Assembly (NCBI GenBank): GCA_964603065.1
Contig: CAZRTL010000002.1
Coordinates: forward strand, 11,292-75,291
DNA: 64,000 nucleotides
From: Candidatus Woesearchaeota archaeon
GTDB lineage: Archaea > Nanobdellota > Nanobdellia > SCGC-AAA011-G17 > PNOQ01
Reading direction: 5' to 3'
Positions 59,362 to 64,000 of the stretch are shown here, piece after piece (positions within the stretch are counted from its first letter, which is position 1; every line of letters starts with the position of its first letter). A program made the translations under genes and the position numbers. The notes beneath the pieces were generated by a model. It ran no database searches. It was not told the DNA's origin and was given only the letters and a program-made list of their open reading frames with translations.

Positions 59362-59955
59362 TTATCTACTAGAATCAGCTTGTCTTTCTGATTCTAATTT
59401 CTTAGAAATTGCATTACTTGCTTGATCTATTTTATGAGCAGCCAAAATTTCATCAGCCAATGTTCTAGGTATTTTTTTCTTTGAATTAAACGATTTAGCA
59501 TAAGCACCTTGTACCATCCATCTAAGAACTAAATCAACTCTCCTCAAAGGAGATAAATCAACAGCTTTAGAATATCTTGCTCCACCATATTCAATACCAG
59601 TAACTTCTTCCCTTGGAGCTCCATTCTCTAATGCAGTAATAAAAACTTGAATAGGATTTTGTTTAGTTTCTTTCTCAAGAATCTCAAAAGTTTCTTTAAC
59701 AATTCTATAAACATTACCAGATTTTCCAGTACAATGATAAGAACTTAATTTATGTTTTTTACCTTTATGGCCTGGAACCATCAATTTATTCATTAATCTT
59801 TCAACAACATGATTCTTTTGAACCCAAATTCTCTGACCAGAAGCAGCTCTTCCACCAGTTCTAGGAATCAAAACAGGGTCGATATGAATGTAAGGAACTA
59901 ATGCCTTTTCCTTAACTTTAACAGTTTCAACATCCCAAATATTAAATAGCTTCAT
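59362..59955 (-). CDS. rpsG: 30S ribosomal protein uS7
   Basis: [37 protein letters not shown]. Confidence 0.97.
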   Translation of the reverse strand: MKLFNIWDVETVKVKEKALVPYIHIDPVLIPRTGGRAASGQRIWVQKNHVVERLMNKLMVPGHKGKKHKLSSYHCTGKSGNVYRIVKETFEILEKETKQNPIQVFITALENGAPREEVTGIEYGGARYSKAVDLSPLRRVDLVLRWMVQGAYAKSFNSKKKIPRTLADEILAAHKIDQASNAISKKLESERQADSSR

Positions 59956-60389
59956 CTTCTTCCCTTCTCTATCTTACCTTTAACTAAGGCTTTCAAACTT
60001 TGATCATTAACTTTGATAACTTGCCACCTGATTCCAGGAATATCTCCTTTAGCTCTTCCTTTAGTTCCACCAATACATTCAACAACAACTTCATCATGTT
60101 CATCTATTAATTTGATAGAATTTTCTAGTGGGGAGAAAGCAGTTATCTTCTTGCCATTCTTAACTAATTGACATTTAACACACTTTCTTAAAGCAGAGTT
60201 AGGTTGCTTAGCTTCCCTTTGAACTTTTTCTAAAACAATGGCCTTAGCCTGAGGGCTAGCGGATAAAGGATCTGATTTTTTCTTTAAACCAAGTGCTTTT
60301 TTCTTAAAATAAGGATTTTTCCATCTATTTATTTTCCTTTTCTTCTTAAGTTTTGCACCGGATTTTAATCCTCTTGATTTGTTTCCCAT
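59952..60389 (-). CDS. rpsL: 30S ribosomal protein uS12
   Basis: [26 protein letters not shown]. Confidence 0.97.
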   Translation of the reverse strand: MGNKSRGLKSGAKLKKKRKINRWKNPYFKKKALGLKKKSDPLSASPQAKAIVLEKVQREAKQPNSALRKCVKCQLVKNGKKITAFSPLENSIKLIDEHDEVVVECIGGTKGRAKGDIPGIRWQVIKVNDQSLKALVKGKIEKGRR

Positions 60390-60391
60390 TT

Positions 60392-60802
60392 TTATATTAT
60401 TTTAACATCATCTAGGTCAAAATACTTCTTGACCAGTTCCTTTAATATATTTAAATTTTTCCTATCTCTACCTATGAGAACACCCTTATCTCTTGTTGAA
60501 GAAACCTTAACATTCATTGTTTTTTCTTCAACATTTATGTCCTCAGCAACAATTGGTGAGATGAAACCCTTTATAAATTTAACTGGTTCTAAATTAAACT
60601 CAACTACCTTAATTTTCTTGTTTAGGAGCGTATTCAGCTGTTTTACGTTTTTACCCTGAGCACCAACAGCCTTTCCTCCTTGATTCTCTCCAACAATAAA
60701 AACCAACATTTCATTATAAAAAAAACAGTTTTTAACACTAGTGTGAGTTTTAGATTCAAACATATTAATAATTTGGATTGTTTTTAAGTCATACTTATTC
60801 AT
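60392..60802 (-). CDS. nusA: Archaeal NusA-like KH protein
   Basis: [27 protein letters not shown]; conserved position. Confidence 0.92.
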   Translation of the reverse strand: MNKYDLKTIQIINMFESKTHTSVKNCFFYNEMLVFIVGENQGGKAVGAQGKNVKQLNTLLNKKIKVVEFNLEPVKFIKGFISPIVAEDINVEEKTMNVKVSSTRDKGVLIGRDRKNLNILKELVKKYFDLDDVKII

Positions 60803-61059
60803 TTTATACTACAACATATATTTATAGAAAAAGGTTTTTTACAAGCTGCTCCCAATTCTTTACTATTCTCCTTTAATTTACTAACTGTGCATCCACCTAG
60901 GACACAATATTTTTCAATTTTTTCTAACAGTTCTTCTGGACAACTACTGGACACAAAAACTTCCTTTGCTTCCATTTTTTTCAAAGATTTCAAAGTTTCA
61001 TCAGCTCCAATTTTAAGTTTTCCTTCTTTTAGCACTTTCTTTAAATTATCTAAACTCAT
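60799..61059 (-). CDS. rpl30e: 50S ribosomal protein eL30 (L7Ae family)
   Basis: KIGADETLK, ELGAACKKPF; conserved position. Confidence 0.88.
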   Translation of the reverse strand: MSLDNLKKVLKEGKLKIGADETLKSLKKMEAKEVFVSSSCPEELLEKIEKYCVLGGCTVSKLKENSKELGAACKKPFSINICCSIK

Positions 61060-62210
61060 TTCTTCTTACCACCTTTTTTTATTTGTGCAACCAATCCAGG
61101 CAATCCAGTACCTACTGGAATTGGTTGGTTTATCATAACATTCTCGATAACACTTCTTATTTTATCGATTTCCCCAGTTAAACTCGCATCAACAATATGC
61201 TTAATAGGAGTTTCAAAACTGGCTCTAGCCAAAACGGATTCCTTTTCTCCAGAAATTCCCCCTCTTGTAATTCCTTTAACTCCTCCAGTATGAGTCATTA
61301 ACTCAGATAAAAACATAACGTGCCTTATATCAATATCCAGTCCTTGATTTCCCAAAACATCCAAGCACTCATTCATAATGACTTGCTTTGCTGCCTCAAT
61401 CCCCAAAACGGAACCAATTTCAAACAAATTATTTGATACAGTTAATTTTGGATCAATTTCTTTCAGTTTAAAAACTTCTTTCAAGTTTGAACCCGCACAC
61501 TGAATAATATACTTGCCATCTCTTTTAGTAGGTAAAACTTGTGTAACCCCGGAGATTCCTCTAATAATTATCTCTTTGGCTTTTTGTTTTAATTTATACA
61601 AGCCAGTTAGGTTACCTTCCTCTTGAGAAGTTTCAAAAATAAATCCCCTTGTAGTTTCTCTAACATTAATATCTTTTAATTTATCTTTTAGAACATTCAA
61701 AATCTCAGATTTCTTGAAACCATAATCCTTCACTTTTTTATCATCTAGCACAACTTCAACAGCAGACTTCATCATGTTTAATGAAAATTCAGAGCTGATT
61801 TCTTGTAAAGTCATTTGCTTAATAAAACTTGCAACTCTCCTTATTGTTTTTTCATCTTTAGTATAATCAGGTTTAAGATAAACGGTCATAGTTGGAGTAG
61901 AAGGTTCTTTTCTAGCATCAAAAATTTCAATTAATCTAGGTAAACCTCTCGTAACTTGAACTTCTGCAACTCCTGCCATGTGAAATACATTAAGAGTCAT
62001 CTGAGTTCCAGGTTCTCCAAAAGATTCTGCAGTAACTATTCCAACCGCTTCACCAGGAGTAATCAATGAATTAATATATTCATTTTTAACTTCATCCAAA
62101 ACTTTTTTGACATCTGAAGAGCTCAGCTTATTTTCTTCAGCTTGCTTCTTGACATCTTCTATAATTTTGCCAGGCAACTCTTCCTTGTATTTTGCGTATA
62201 TATCTGCCAT
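61056..62210 (-). CDS. rpoA2: DNA-directed RNA polymerase subunit A''
   Basis: PGEAVG, GEPGTQMTL, GLPRLIE, DIRHVM, RASFE. Confidence 0.98.
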   Translation of the reverse strand: MADIYAKYKEELPGKIIEDVKKQAEENKLSSSDVKKVLDEVKNEYINSLITPGEAVGIVTAESFGEPGTQMTLNVFHMAGVAEVQVTRGLPRLIEIFDARKEPSTPTMTVYLKPDYTKDEKTIRRVASFIKQMTLQEISSEFSLNMMKSAVEVVLDDKKVKDYGFKKSEILNVLKDKLKDINVRETTRGFIFETSQEEGNLTGLYKLKQKAKEIIIRGISGVTQVLPTKRDGKYIIQCAGSNLKEVFKLKEIDPKLTVSNNLFEIGSVLGIEAAKQVIMNECLDVLGNQGLDIDIRHVMFLSELMTHTGGVKGITRGGISGEKESVLARASFETPIKHIVDASLTGEIDKIRSVIENVMINQPIPVGTGLPGLVAQIKKGGKKK

Positions 62211-62212
62211 AT

Positions 62213-64000
62213 TTATTTACCTTTTATTTGAGCTATTATCTTTCTAATATTAACAGTTCCACCATCACTCTTAGCAACATCAATTCCATCATCACCATAT
62301 TTAAACTGAACTATTGTTTTTTCAGCATCTCTAACAGTACCGTCATATTCAACTCTAAGATCTTGTAGTGCACTTGCCAATCTCCTATATAAGTAACCCG
62401 ATTTAGGAGTTCTTAAAGCGGTATCCATAAGAGCATCTCTTCCAGTCATTGCACTAAAGAAATATTCCGTGGGTTTCATACCTTGTTTATATCCTTTCTC
62501 AACAAAACCTTTTGCTTCAGGTCCAATATCCCCTTGTTTGAATAATGATAATGTTCTTCCCCGATATCCACCTTTAATTCTGTTCCCCCCCATAGCCTGC
62601 TGACCAACACATGCAGCCATCATACTAAGGTTTAACATATTACCTCTAGCACCTGACTTTGCCATCACAATACTATGGTTTTCTTCTTCTGCAATCCCAG
62701 AACTAGCATTTTTTCCAACTTCATTTCTGACATTGTTTAAAACTTCAACAATTCTAAGTTCTAAAGTTTCTTCTACAGTATTTCCTGGAAGGGCTTCTAA
62801 TTTTCCAGCCTTATAGCTTTGAATAAATTTGTCAACTTTATCATAAGCATCATTAATTTCTTTTTGATTTTTTTCAGCCACTTTATCAGGCAAATCACTA
62901 TCTGAAATAGAGGTTGTGAAACCTAATTCCAATAATGTGGCAATACCTAATTTGAAAACATTACTCATAAAATTTATACCCACTTCATCTCCATGTCTAG
63001 AATAAATAGATCTGATTAAAGTTCCATTTTCTTCTCCAATAGAAACTTTATCAATAATTCCTTCTTTTAATAAACTATTTTTAATCATAACTGGTTCATC
63101 ATTTTTATTTTTACCAACAAAGTCAAAACCTTCTGGCAATAGTACACTAAAAATTTCTTTTCCAGTAACCATTTCTTTGAAACTTAAAAATTTCTCTCTA
63201 TCAAAAATCCCAATGGACATCAACAATTGAACAGCTTTACTCCTAGGAAACTTTGAATCTTTAGTCAACAAGTAAGTTCCAGAAATTGCATCCTCAACAG
63301 AGCCAATTATATTCATACCATTTTTAGGACTGATTATATGTTGTTGAACTATCATTAAAATTTCAGCTTCTGCCCTGGCCTCTTCAGATTGAGGAACGTG
63401 TAAGTTCATCTCATCTCCATCAAAGTCAGCATTATAGGGAGTACATACAGCAGGATTCAACCTAAAACTTCTTCCGGGCAAAATTCTAATTCTATGTGCC
63501 ATTATACTCATTCTATGCAAAGAAGGTTGTCTGTTGAAAATAGAAATATCTCCATCCATTAAATGCCTTTCAATAATATATCCTGGTTGCAATTCTTCTA
63601 ACAAAACTTCAACTATATCCTCTGTTATTTTTTTCTTCTTACCATCTGGCCTTATAACATAATTAGCGCCAGGATATTCTCCTGGACCTCTTTTGATAAA
63701 TTCTTTTAACCAATCTATATTCCATTCAGTTACTTTTTCTGGAATAGTCAATTCTCTAGCAACAGACTGAGGAATACCAACTTGGTTAAATTTAATTTTC
63801 GGATCTGGACTAATAACAGTTCTTGCAGAGAAATTAACTCTCTTACCTGCTAAATTATGTCTAAACCTACCTTCCTTACTTTTAATTCTCTCAGTCAATG
63901 TTTTCAATGGCTGTCCACTTCTGTGTCTAGCGACTGGCAACTGTGCAACAGCATTGTCGAAAAAAGTTGTAATATGATATTGTAGTAAATCCCACAAATC
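62213..64000 (-). CDS. rpoA1: DNA-directed RNA polymerase subunit A', C-terminal part (5' end outside window)
   Basis: Catalytic YNADFDGDEMN, GKRVNFSARTVI, TPKSGYLYRRL. Confidence 0.98.
   Translation of the reverse strand, partial: DLWDLLQYHITTFFDNAVAQLPVARHRSGQPLKTLTERIKSKEGRFRHNLAGKRVNFSARTVISPDPKIKFNQVGIPQSVARELTIPEKVTEWNIDWLKEFIKRGPGEYPGANYVIRPDGKKKKITEDIVEVLLEELQPGYIIERHLMDGDISIFNRQPSLHRMSIMAHRIRILPGRSFRLNPAVCTPYNADFDGDEMNLHVPQSEEARAEAEILMIVQQHIISPKNGMNIIGSVEDAISGTYLLTKDSKFPRSKAVQLLMSIGIFDREKFLSFKEMVTGKEIFSVLLPEGFDFVGKNKNDEPVMIKNSLLKEGIIDKVSIGEENGTLIRSIYSRHGDEVGINFMSNVFKLGIATLLELGFTTSISDSDLPDKVAEKNQKEINDAYDKVDKFIQSYKAGKLEALPGNTVEETLELRIVEVLNNVRNEVGKNASSGIAEEENHSIVMAKSGARGNMLNLSMMAACVGQQAMGGNRIKGGYRGRTLSLFKQGDIGPEAKGFVEKGYKQGMKPTEYFFSAMTGRDALMDTALRTPKSGYLYRRLASALQDLRVEYDGTVRDAEKTIVQFKYGDDGIDVAKSDGGTVNIRKIIAQIKGK

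Noticed and set aside
182-61138. Antisense or nested ORFs in the track (e.g. 1390, 2375, 6018, 29606, 30422, 39077, 41252, 53578, 60429)
   Set aside because: They are shadows of well-supported genes on the other strand or frame and carry no motifs.
1-64000. CRISPR array, rRNA, IS/transposase, intein, alternative genetic code
   Set aside because: No regularly spaced repeats, GC-rich rRNA-like tract, transposase motifs or intein insertions were seen; conserved genes translate full length with code 11.

Overview
AT-rich archaeal chromosomal segment. Gene content and style (archaeal EF-1alpha, EF-2, split rpoA1/rpoA2, Dph5, presenilin-type protease, many ORFans, Cys/Asp-rich surface proteins) point to a DPANN archaeon, most likely Woesearchaeota-like; this placement is inference. 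The right half is the conserved rpoA1-rpoA2-eL30-nusA-uS12-uS7-EF2-EF1a-uS10-tRNA-Ser cluster. Its order is intact, but accessory genes are inserted at three junctions. The largest insertion (about 16 kb) holds a MacB-type ABC exporter, two secreted DUF362-type proteins (one about 1785 aa), a putative glycoside hydrolase and a free-standing LAGLIDADG protein. The left half holds thrS, pheST, an acetyl-CoA node (2-oxoacid:ferredoxin oxidoreductase, Acs, FabG-like SDR, a bacterial-type carboxyltransferase fused in the unusual AccA-AccD order) and many hypothetical genes. Three tRNA genes were read by hand: Gly(GCC); Ser(GCT) with a non-canonical 30/31 intron; Ser(GGA) with two introns (29/30 and 37/38). 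The most striking unexplained signal is a ~44-bp element (TTGTyrTTTyT-N4-AGTAGTkACA, then BRE/TATA) found five times, each time upstream of an ORFan. Four micro-ORFs missed by the ORF track were also found. No rRNA, CRISPR array, transposase or integrase was seen. All family assignments come from motif recognition, not database searches.
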